Origin: Snowella sp.
GTDB lineage: Bacteria > Cyanobacteriota > Cyanobacteriia > Cyanobacteriales > Microcystaceae
Direction of reading: 5' to 3'
Assembly: GCA_035285545.1 (NCBI GenBank)
Contig: JAYKGY010000004.1
Location: 1 to 26,288 of the forward strand
DNA length: 26,288 nt
Positions within the stretch are counted from its first letter, which is position 1. The number at the start of each line of letters is the position of its first letter. A model generated the notes under the pieces. The model did no database searches and had not been told where the DNA came from. It was given only the letters and a program-made list of their open reading frames with translations. Made by a program: the position numbers and the translations under genes. This document shows positions 8,729 to 16,900 of this stretch, piece after piece.

Positions 8729-9792
8729 TAGTTTAAAGGCGTTAAAATCAATGCTTTATGCGTTTTGGTAGAAACTCTACTGTTAAAATACCAAGATTGA
8801 TGAAAAGCATTCAGAAAATTTTGTCCTAAGATTCCATCCACTTTGAGGGATTCTAAAACCGCAGTATTTTGCAGGACAACGGCTTCAACTTGGTTTAAAT
8901 GCTGATTCCCGACTTGAACTTTTCCCAATGCCGTATAGTTCGCAGGTTCCAAGCCACAAAAACCCTGTACTTGGACAGGTTGCATGGCATCAGGCGGTAA
9001 TTGTAATTGTTTTGCAATTTTAGGTGAAATAAAAGTGCTTTCGGCTCCTGTATCAACGAGGAATAGATAGGAGACAGAATCATTAATTTTCACTTCTACT
9101 AGTGGGACATTATCTTGTATCAACAAAGGAATTGCTTGAGCGCGATCGCGGTTAGGAATAGGAGAAGGCGGCAATAACTCTAAGGTTTTTTGAACCGGAT
9201 CAAGGCGTAAATTAAAATAACGCAACGCATCCATACCCAAAATACCGTCTAAATTTTCAGGAATCACAGCTTGGGATAATTGCAGCGCATGTAATCCTTG
9301 GATTTGAGCTTGACCTAACGAAATAGGGGGTAAGGCATAAATGGCAGCTTTCATTTCCTTACATTCATTCCCTGCCACCGCAAAACGGGTTTCTTCGGGG
9401 GGTAAGGGTTTGCCTGTTAAGCCTAACTTTTTGGTTAAATTGGGCGACACCATCGACATGGAAGCCCCTGTATCTAGCAGAAAGGTCGCGGTTTGTTGAC
9501 CAACTTTAACCTCCACTGTCCAGGCGATACCGTCTTTAAGATAGTTTAAGGGAACAATTCCTTGACCTGTAGTGCGGGGGCTTGGCAGTTTGGTGTTGGT
9601 TAAACGGATGATGGCTTTCAGTCGATAAGACAGCGATCGCGTCTTTGAAAATTGCTGAGTTGGTAATGGCTGAGGGTTGGCAGAGGCAAAGCTAAACGGG
9701 GAAAAGGCCAATCCTCCCCAGGCGATCGCCGCAATTAAAAAAGCAGGAAATTTAAACACAGAATTTACTTTTATTAAACGAATCATGCCCAA
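8728..9792 (-). CDS. Exported aspartic protease with two retropepsin-like domains
   Basis: Two DTGA motifs (FLLDTGAS, FLVDTGAE), each followed by GILG. N-terminal hydrophobic signal. Confidence 0.88.
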   Translation of the reverse strand: MGMIRLIKVNSVFKFPAFLIAAIAWGGLAFSPFSFASANPQPLPTQQFSKTRSLSYRLKAIIRLTNTKLPSPRTTGQGIVPLNYLKDGIAWTVEVKVGQQTATFLLDTGASMSMVSPNLTKKLGLTGKPLPPEETRFAVAGNECKEMKAAIYALPPISLGQAQIQGLHALQLSQAVIPENLDGILGMDALRYFNLRLDPVQKTLELLPPSPIPNRDRAQAIPLLIQDNVPLVEVKINDSVSYLFLVDTGAESTFISPKIAKQLQLPPDAMQPVQVQGFCGLEPANYTALGKVQVGNQHLNQVEAVVLQNTAVLESLKVDGILGQNFLNAFHQSWYFNSRVSTKTHKALILTPLN

Positions 9793-9828
9793 AACTTTAA
9801 TAGATTCGGGGTCTTTCTGGCAATCAGG

Positions 9829-10473
9829 TTAGATTTCAGGGAGACTCAAAGACGCGATCGCTGTGATAAAGTCCACCACCTTTTGATGCAGTTCAGCTTC
9901 GGGTTCTGTTCCTTCTAAGATTAATAATCGCCCCGTATAAGCTTTAAAAATCCGTTGATAATTGTCTCGCACTTGCAATAATTTCTCGGCTTTTTCATAG
10001 CAATCTCGCTCGGTTCGTTCCTCAATTCGAGTAATGGCAACATCAACCGGAATATCTAAATAAATGACCGCATCAGGATTGGGAAAAAAACGATTTAATC
10101 CACTAACAAAATTATATTCGGCTTCCGTATGACAGTTATAGGCTAACGAGGAAAAATAATAGCGGGGTGTAATCACATGGCAGTGATCTTTATTAATTAA
10201 TTTAAATACCCCGTCTTGGTCATTATATAAATGATAATGACGATCAGCCGCAAACAAATAGGCCATTTGTTCCTCAAAACGTTGCTGATTTTCGATGGCA
10301 ATGATAGATTTTTGCATGGCTTCCCGAATCATTTTTCCAATTAATCCCGTCGAAGGTTCGGGGCTAATAACCGCTTGATCTCCAAGTTGAATTAAATAGT
10401 CTTTTAATAAATCTGCTTGCGTCGTTTTTCCTGAACCATCAATACCTTCAAAAACAATAAATAGGGGTTTCAT
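9829..10473 (-). CDS. tmk: Thymidylate kinase
   Basis: FIVFEGIDGSGKTTQ P-loop, LFAADR, RYYFSSLAY, PDAVIYLD. Confidence 0.93.
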   Translation of the reverse strand: MKPLFIVFEGIDGSGKTTQADLLKDYLIQLGDQAVISPEPSTGLIGKMIREAMQKSIIAIENQQRFEEQMAYLFAADRHYHLYNDQDGVFKLINKDHCHVITPRYYFSSLAYNCHTEAEYNFVSGLNRFFPNPDAVIYLDIPVDVAITRIEERTERDCYEKAEKLLQVRDNYQRIFKAYTGRLLILEGTEPEAELHQKVVDFITAIASLSLPEI

Positions 10474-10556
10474 TGTCAGCCAATCTACATTTTTATTTTG
10501 TCTGAGTTTATCTTATAATCAGGAGCAGATAATTTTGAAACCGAATTAACACCGCC

Positions 10557-11039
10557 ATGCCATTTTCATTGCTTACCACAGGTAAAGGATTCATTAACGC
10601 CTTAGAAAAATCTGGCGCATTGGCCGTTTATGCTCCCTTAGAAGGCGGTTTTGAAGGCCGTTATCAACGTCGTTTACGGGCTGCGGGTTACACCACCTAT
10701 TCATTGTCGGCTAAGGGATTGGGCGATTTAGGAGCCTATTTAACCCAGATTCATGGTGTGCGTCCTCCCCACCTCGGTAAAAGAAATATTGGCCAAGAAG
10801 CGGCTGTTGGCCCTGTGAATTTTGTGCCGCCCATTGCGACCTATAATCTGGACAATCTTCCGCCTAAATCGAAAGGCTTGGTACTGTGGATGTTAGAAGG
10901 CTTTGTTCTTTCTAAAACCGAATTACAATATTTAATTACCTTGACCCAACAAGACCCCCGCATCAAAATCGTCCTCGAAATGGGCGGCGATCGCTACTTC
11001 CGTTGGGAAACCTTAGAAAATAGCCTCAAGGCAGCTTAA
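10557..11039 (+). CDS. ndhN: NAD(P)H-quinone oxidoreductase (NDH-1) subunit N
   Basis: LAVYAPLEGGFEGRYQRRLRAAGY, HGVRPPHLGK, KGLVLW, EMGGDR. Confidence 0.95.
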   Translation: MPFSLLTTGKGFINALEKSGALAVYAPLEGGFEGRYQRRLRAAGYTTYSLSAKGLGDLGAYLTQIHGVRPPHLGKRNIGQEAAVGPVNFVPPIATYNLDNLPPKSKGLVLWMLEGFVLSKTELQYLITLTQQDPRIKIVLEMGGDRYFRWETLENSLKAA

Positions 11040-11149
11040 GAGTCTGCTTGAAAAGCCCCCCTGTCCCCCAAAATTTGGGGCAAATCTTCACAAGTCCCCC
11101 AGAATTGGAGGATTTAGGGGGCAAAATAAAACTTTGCAAACAAGTGCCT
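11039..11149. repeat. Palindromic small dispersed repeat / MITE-like element, copy 2
   Basis: Imperfect inverted ends (GAGTCTGCTTGAAAAG ... CTTTGCAAACAAGTGCCT). Internal C/G-run hairpins, including CAAGTCCCCCAGAATTGGAGGATTTAGGGGGC (11091-11122), related to 3804-3835. Confidence 0.7.
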
Positions 11150-11179
11150 AAGCTTAATTTCATCAATAATTTCTTTTAA

Positions 11180-11215
11180 TAAAGAACCTCCGTCTATGAA
11201 TGTAATAAACGGAGG
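11180..11215 (-). terminator. Probable terminator between convergent ndhN and curT
   Basis: Inverted repeat CCTCCGT (11187-11193) / ACGGAGG (11209-11215), followed on the minus strand by TTCTTT. Confidence 0.6.
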
Positions 11216-11243
11216 CTTAATTTTTGTAAAAATTGAAAAATAA

Positions 11244-11633
11244 CTAACTGCCAAAAATTTGATTTTTTAAAGCATCAAGCTCGGACAGGAGTTCTTGACG
11301 ATTGGAAGCTTTCCACAGATAACGCCAGACAAACCAAGCAGTGTAGCCCATTCCCACTAATTGCAGCATGGGAGCCAGCAGGGGAATATCATTAATCGCA
11401 TCGAGGATAGCGACGAGGATTTTAACGCTGACGATACCTAAAATGATGATTCCAATCGAGATCAACGGTTGTTGATTGTCCGCAAAGAATTGACCTGTTA
11501 TTTCAGGAATTTTTCCCAAAACGTCCCAAACAGGCTGGAGCCATTCCTGCCAAGGTTGATTATTTAAAGTAGACAGGGGCCCTGCCTCAGTTTTAACCCC
11601 TGTTGTAGTTTCTTGTTTAGTTTCGTATTCCAT
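11244..11633 (-). CDS. curT: Thylakoid curvature protein (CAAD/CURT1 domain)
   Basis: WQEWLQPVW..LGKIP, AILDAINDIPLLAPMLQLVGMGYTAWFVWRYLWKA..RQEL is the CAAD domain. ATG 11633 chosen; TTG 11642 is an alternative. Confidence 0.9.
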   Translation of the reverse strand: MEYETKQETTTGVKTEAGPLSTLNNQPWQEWLQPVWDVLGKIPEITGQFFADNQQPLISIGIIILGIVSVKILVAILDAINDIPLLAPMLQLVGMGYTAWFVWRYLWKASNRQELLSELDALKNQIFGS

Positions 11634-11874
11634 CTTCAACAAGTCCTTCTGTTAAAATTGAACGTTTACCGCTAACAGCGACCCAAAAATGGGACTGTTG
11701 GCTCTTGCCCATATTATCAGACACTTTTGATGCCATGATCGCTAAAGTAATTTTGATTAATATAAGTCTGTGATGATTTTCCTATGATTTGATATTGTTG
11801 ACCAATCGTTACCCTATATTAATCAGTTTTTTAGGGGGCAAAAACTATCCTAAGTAAAGATAATTAAAAGCTCC

Positions 11875-12750
11875 TTAGACGGCACTCACGAGAACAGGTT
11901 CCTGCTGAACAGGGGATAAAACAGAAAAATCGACATGACGGCAGGGAATTTCCACCGAATTGTTAGGACTCTCAATCAAGACCACTTTATCGAGTTCTAC
12001 CCCTAGTTTACGGATGGGTTGCTGGAGCAGTTGGGCAATGTAAAAAGCAATATTTTCCGCTGTCGGTACTACCTTGGCAAAGTAGGGAATATCTTTATTC
12101 AAAAAGGTGTGATCAAATGGCTCCACCACGTAATCTTCAATCACTTTCTCAATGCTTTCTAAATCAACGAGCATTCCTGTCCGTCCATCCATTTCCCCCG
12201 TCACCGACACTTCCAAATGGTAGTTATGACCATGACCATTCACACGGGCGCATTTGCCATAAATTTCCGTATTGTCTTCTAAGCTCAGTTCAGGTAATGC
12301 TAAACGGTGAGCCGCGCTAAAGTGGGTTTTCAGGGTTAGGGTCGCTTCCATAGAATTTCCTTGATAATCAGCCCATAATTCGGGGTGTTCAAATAAACGA
12401 ATTTTAACTAACGGTAAGTGGGGATTGAGACGATCCCAGATGGTTTTGGCAATATGTTCGGTGGTCGGTAAGATTTGCTGAAATTCTGGCCAAGTGTCGT
12501 TTAAAAATGAATAGTTGAGTTGGCTAGTGACTTCTTGTTTAATTACCCGCTTAACGGTTGAGAGATTTTCTACCATGCCGAAGCGATCGAGTTCTCCGAT
12601 GAGAGACACAAACAGGACATAGTTGTGGCCATGCCCAGGAAAGCGGCTACAAGCACCGAATGTTTGTTGATTTTCCTCTTCAGTCAGTTCAGGCAACCAG
12701 TAACGATGACTGGCGGAAAATTCTGCCCGACGGTTAATAATACATTGCAT
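11875..12750 (-). CDS. queD: Dual-domain 6-pyruvoyl-tetrahydropterin / 6-carboxytetrahydropterin synthase (PTPS/QueD)
   Basis: Two tandem PTPS domains: FSASHR...C....GHGHNY...PTTE and FSAAHR...C....GHGHNY...DHTFLN...PTAEN. Confidence 0.85.
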   Translation of the reverse strand: MQCIINRRAEFSASHRYWLPELTEEENQQTFGACSRFPGHGHNYVLFVSLIGELDRFGMVENLSTVKRVIKQEVTSQLNYSFLNDTWPEFQQILPTTEHIAKTIWDRLNPHLPLVKIRLFEHPELWADYQGNSMEATLTLKTHFSAAHRLALPELSLEDNTEIYGKCARVNGHGHNYHLEVSVTGEMDGRTGMLVDLESIEKVIEDYVVEPFDHTFLNKDIPYFAKVVPTAENIAFYIAQLLQQPIRKLGVELDKVVLIESPNNSVEIPCRHVDFSVLSPVQQEPVLVSAV

Positions 12751-13185
12751 GGCTTCTATCCAGCAGGGCTTGTAAAGTTTCGTAAAGCGTTCTGTTTAAT
12801 AAGATATCCTAAGCGGGGGATCAATGGGGATGACAAGGCTTGCATTTTTCTAAATTGTGGTTATTGAGAGCGACAATTGCTAAAAAGATGGCTTTTAAAT
12901 CCGTAAAATCTTCGCTATTCAACAAGCCGCTGTTACAAATTACTCTTCTTCTGTGAACTTGTCAAAAGAATGCACGATGTTCCTCTAACCTGATAATCTC
13001 GTGTTTGTTACTTAAAACATTAAAGAATTTTCTAAATTCTAAGCTATACTCATTTTATGTGATCTTTGAAATAATCTTTGTTTATAGAATTTTAGCAGTC
13101 TTCTGAAGATTGATAACTTAATCAAATCCCACTGTATTTAAAAAAATTAATCCTGATAATTTGTAATAAAACTTCAATTAACATT

Positions 13186-13479
13186 ATGACAGTGAAATTC
13201 CGAGAAAAAGCATTAATGGCTTATGAAACTATGCCTTTAATTCAAAAAGAAAAGGTTGATTATGTAATACAGGGAATAGAATTATTAGATAAATGGGGGG
13301 CAATTGCACCTTTGTCTTTATCTCCTATCCCGCCAGAAAATCTAAAAAAAATTAAAATTCAAAACTTGGATACTTGGGTTGCCAAAATTGATGAAACAAT
13401 TCGGTTACTTTTTAGGGAAACAGATCAAGGTTTTTTGATTATTGATATTCTTAGTTTGGCTTCAAATAATGCTTCATGA
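13186..13479 (+). CDS. Small hypothetical protein, possibly RelE/ParE-like fold
   Basis: 97 aa with pattern V.F...A....(helix)...KK....W.AKI....RLLF......IIDI. ATGA overlap with the next gene. Confidence 0.55.
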   Translation: MTVKFREKALMAYETMPLIQKEKVDYVIQGIELLDKWGAIAPLSLSPIPPENLKKIKIQNLDTWVAKIDETIRLLFRETDQGFLIIDILSLASNNAS

Positions 13480-14135
13480 TAACTTTAATTGATATTGATT
13501 TTATACTTGAAGTATGTGAACAAGAACTTCAAGATTTACGTGATTTTTTAAATTCTCATAATTCGATTGAAGAAACTGGAGAAAATGGACTATTAGAGTT
13601 TTTCTCAAATCGACCAAATTTAATCTTATTAATTGCCTCATGGCATTTTAATATGTCTCCTGCTTGTTATAAGGCTGAAGTTTGTTTGTTTAACAATGAA
13701 TTTAGAGCAGATTTTGTTGTTGCGGATAGGCTGAGAAAAAAGTATGTTTTTATAGAATTTGAAAATGCAAAAGAAGATAGTATTTTTAAAAAGAAGCCGA
13801 GAAATTCTGAAGTTAGTAATATTAGTTATGAATGGTCTCCTCGCTATGAACATGGTGTTAGTCAAGTAATTGATTGGTACTATCGCATGGATGATTATGA
13901 GCGAACAAATAAATTTGAAGAATATTTTGGCGATCGCCACATTGAATATACAGGTTTATTAATAATTGGTAGAAATCATTTTCTCCAACAAGCTGGATTA
14001 ATCCAAAGATTTAGATGGCGATCTCATAAAACAATTATTAATAGTAAATCTCTACACTGCATAACATTTGATAATTTACTTGAAGAATTACAAGAAAAAC
14101 TTGAGATTCTCAAGATCTTTAATCAACTAAAGTAA
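13476..14135 (+). CDS. Shedu SduA C-terminal-like nuclease (DUF4263), without a large N-terminal domain
   Basis: E.GLLEFF..RP, E......FRADFVV, VFIEFE, GVSQVIDW, LLIIGR, ITFDNLL, in the DUF4263 motif order. Confidence 0.78.
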   Translation: MITLIDIDFILEVCEQELQDLRDFLNSHNSIEETGENGLLEFFSNRPNLILLIASWHFNMSPACYKAEVCLFNNEFRADFVVADRLRKKYVFIEFENAKEDSIFKKKPRNSEVSNISYEWSPRYEHGVSQVIDWYYRMDDYERTNKFEEYFGDRHIEYTGLLIIGRNHFLQQAGLIQRFRWRSHKTIINSKSLHCITFDNLLEELQEKLEILKIFNQLK

Positions 14136-14161
14136 TAAATTTGACTATTAAAAAATAAAAA

Positions 14162-14578
14162 ATGGCTCAAATGAATGTTAATAAACTTTACGAAATAGAC
14201 TTTTATCAATGGACAATGGAACAAGCCCAAGCCCTACGAAATCAAAATTTAGAAGACTTAGATTGGGAAAATATTATTGAGGAAATCGAAGCTTTGGGGC
14301 GTAGTGATTACAATGCGGTTGTTAGTCTGCTGATGAGACAAATTGAACATCGATTAAAAATAGATTATGCCAATCATCCTGAATGCGATCGCCACTGGAA
14401 ATCTGAAATTCTTGCTTTTCAAAAAAATCTCAAACGACGACTCAGCCCTTCAATGAAACCTAAACTAGAAATAGAGCTTCCAGAAATTTATCAAGATGCA
14501 GTAGACATTGTTTTAGCGAAGTATGATCTAGATCTACCCAAAACCTGCCCTTATTCCCTTGATGAATTAATTCCTTAG
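14162..14578 (+). CDS. DUF29 family protein
   Basis: LYEIDFYQW...Q..L....LDWENIIEEIEALGRS ... LSPS ... LPKTCPYSLDEL. Confidence 0.92.
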   Translation: MAQMNVNKLYEIDFYQWTMEQAQALRNQNLEDLDWENIIEEIEALGRSDYNAVVSLLMRQIEHRLKIDYANHPECDRHWKSEILAFQKNLKRRLSPSMKPKLEIELPEIYQDAVDIVLAKYDLDLPKTCPYSLDELIP

Positions 14579-15442
14579 TTGACCGCGATCGCTATTTAAA
14601 TCCAAATCAAGAATCCAAGAACGAGCAGAAGGGACATCGATTTTGGTATCTTCAGCAAAAATCGCTTCCGTTCCTGCTAAAGCTGAATTATCAAACTTAA
14701 ACGCTGTATTTAGCCCGTCTGATTGCCAAAGACGCTGGTTAATCTGAGTTGCAACTTGGGAAGAAATCTGATAGAAATCAGTCAGTTTCTGAATGGTTAG
14801 CTCAGGGTTTTGCCGCATATTATCAATAATTTCTTGATAACTTTGAATAAATTGCTTCAATAATGATTGATGATTGTGATAATTCAACCAGGATTGATTT
14901 AAGTTGGCGACTACGCCTTGATAGCTTCCGATAACCGTTACTAAAGAATCGATTTGATGAATATCTGATAAATAGGAAAAGGGCGGATTTAATAGGGTGG
15001 CATCGAGTTGGCGATCGCGTAATTTTTCATAACGAATATTTGTCGCCCCTGCCGTAATCCAGACTAATTGCTGATAGTCCTGGTCATTGGGATATTGATA
15101 ACGAAGATAACGACGTAACGCCCTTGCATAACCCGTATTGGTATCAATTCCAACCCGTTTGTGCCCAGTTGCTAAATCTAAAGTGCCGCATAGATCTAAC
15201 ATTCCCCCATGAATGGGTAAAAAAGCCGCAATATCCGAATAGTTATCTTCTAGCGCGATCGATAAGGTATCATCATAGGACATCAAAACCATATCCGCTT
15301 GCTGAGTTTTTAAGTCTTCATGGGCTTCATCGGCATTTTTAACGTATTTAATTTCTAACGGAATGGCTTCATTCTGCTGAATTTGTGCTAATAAAAAAGC
15401 AGATATATCTTTAAAAGCTGAAATCTTTAAGCTTTGTTTCAT
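14567..15442 (-). CDS. NMT1/THI5/SsuA-like substrate-binding-fold protein (orphan)
   Basis: GATNIRYEKL....LDATLLNPPFS, YQGVVA...SWL..H. No signal peptide and no adjacent permease. ATG 15442 chosen. Confidence 0.65.
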   Translation of the reverse strand: MKQSLKISAFKDISAFLLAQIQQNEAIPLEIKYVKNADEAHEDLKTQQADMVLMSYDDTLSIALEDNYSDIAAFLPIHGGMLDLCGTLDLATGHKRVGIDTNTGYARALRRYLRYQYPNDQDYQQLVWITAGATNIRYEKLRDRQLDATLLNPPFSYLSDIHQIDSLVTVIGSYQGVVANLNQSWLNYHNHQSLLKQFIQSYQEIIDNMRQNPELTIQKLTDFYQISSQVATQINQRLWQSDGLNTAFKFDNSALAGTEAIFAEDTKIDVPSARSWILDLDLNSDRGQLRN

Positions 15443-15543
15443 AAAAATCAAGGTATCAAATTTTTCTAATTATTGGCTGATAAAAACTATCATTAAACGA
15501 TAGGAAAGTGTAAGGGAAAACCCGGAGAAATTGGATTGGATTG

Positions 15544-16824
15544 CTAATTAGACCCTTGCGGCGATCGCGCCTGTGGATGACGTTGCCCATATTTTTTCGT
15601 CAAAGGCGTTACACTCAATCCTTGAACAATAATCGACGCGCAGATCATAAAGGCACAGACCAGCCAAACCGCTTCAACCTCTGTTCGCCGCAAACAGAAT
15701 CCAGCATAAAAAAGAGCCGCAACCCCAACCGGGCCAAACCAACCGACAAAGTAAGTTTCCGCTCGATTGTGTATCGGTTTAATCCACCGGCTTAAAAGCA
15801 AAATCGCGGGCATTCGTCGAAATAATAACACCAAGATTGCCAGTCCCCCTAAATTACCCCATCCTATGGATGCCCATTGTTGCCAAGGGAGCATTACACC
15901 TAACATAATAAAAATGGGCAGGGTAAAAAAGCGATTAATCGCCTCCTGTACATTGTCTTCCTCCGCACGTTGCGGCCCCCCGACGACATCGCCAAAAGCA
16001 AGCCCTGCAATAAATACGGCCAGAATATCATCCGTTCCCATCAGCTTTGCGGTTCCTAAGACCACTAAGGACAAAGCCAGGCTGTAGGTCAGAAACGAAG
16101 AATTTTCAATCGTTTTTTGTCGTTCTGCCCATTTCAAGAGGCGACCGGCTAAGTATCCCCCTACGATGCCAAATAAAACAGCCCCACCTACTTCCCAAAG
16201 CACAACTTGGGTTAACCAGTAAGGAAATAAATTTCCTGCTGTTAGCGGTTGGTTCTCCGAGGTTGTCTTTTCAAGAATAAGAACACAAAGAATGACAAAT
16301 GGATAGGCCAACCCATCATTTGCACCTGACTCGGCGGAAATAATATGGCGAATACGCTTAGGTAAGTTTTCTTCAGCCACACCCCCTGTAACAATTGAGT
16401 TAGAAACAATGGGATCCGTCGGGGTAATCGCAGCCCCCACCAGCATAGCCTCCCAAAAGGGAAGATCAAGCATCCAATAGACTAACAACCCACTCGTAAG
16501 CCACATGATTGGCATGACGAACCCTAACAGAATCGCCAAGGATTTCCAATGTCGAAAAAAATACTGCTGAGGGAGTCGTAGTGCCACCCCCATTAGCCCG
16601 ATCGCCATGGTAAAGCGAGCCGCCTGTTCTAAAAGCTGTTCTTGAGGAAGTCCCCAAGCCGTAGGATTAATCCATCCCAGCACCGCCGGGCCAAGAATAA
16701 TCCCCATTCCTAGTGCTGCCAAGGGATCGGATGTCCACCAATTTCGTCGAAAATAATCAGAAACCAATCCCAATAGAAGGATAATGGCTCCAATAACCGC
16801 AATTAGAAGGTTTAGTTCATCCAA
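15544..16824 (-). CDS. Cation:proton (Na+/H+) antiporter, CPA1 family
   Basis: Many hydrophobic helices; ITPTDPI, AESGANDGLAYPF, GWFGPVGVAALFY motifs. Confidence 0.9.
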   Translation of the reverse strand: MDELNLLIAVIGAIILLLGLVSDYFRRNWWTSDPLAALGMGIILGPAVLGWINPTAWGLPQEQLLEQAARFTMAIGLMGVALRLPQQYFFRHWKSLAILLGFVMPIMWLTSGLLVYWMLDLPFWEAMLVGAAITPTDPIVSNSIVTGGVAEENLPKRIRHIISAESGANDGLAYPFVILCVLILEKTTSENQPLTAGNLFPYWLTQVVLWEVGGAVLFGIVGGYLAGRLLKWAERQKTIENSSFLTYSLALSLVVLGTAKLMGTDDILAVFIAGLAFGDVVGGPQRAEEDNVQEAINRFFTLPIFIMLGVMLPWQQWASIGWGNLGGLAILVLLFRRMPAILLLSRWIKPIHNRAETYFVGWFGPVGVAALFYAGFCLRRTEVEAVWLVCAFMICASIIVQGLSVTPLTKKYGQRHPQARSPQGSN

Positions 16825-16900
16825 AAGGTTACCAAGAAGAGATTAGGATATGGGTCTTTGTTTGCTGCTTTAGGTAAAGCTTGTACCGAAATGTCGCTCT

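Noticed and set aside
12751..13185. preQ1 riboswitch or sRNA upstream of queD
   Set aside because: No convincing preQ1 stem, loop and A-rich tail arrangement could be identified by eye.
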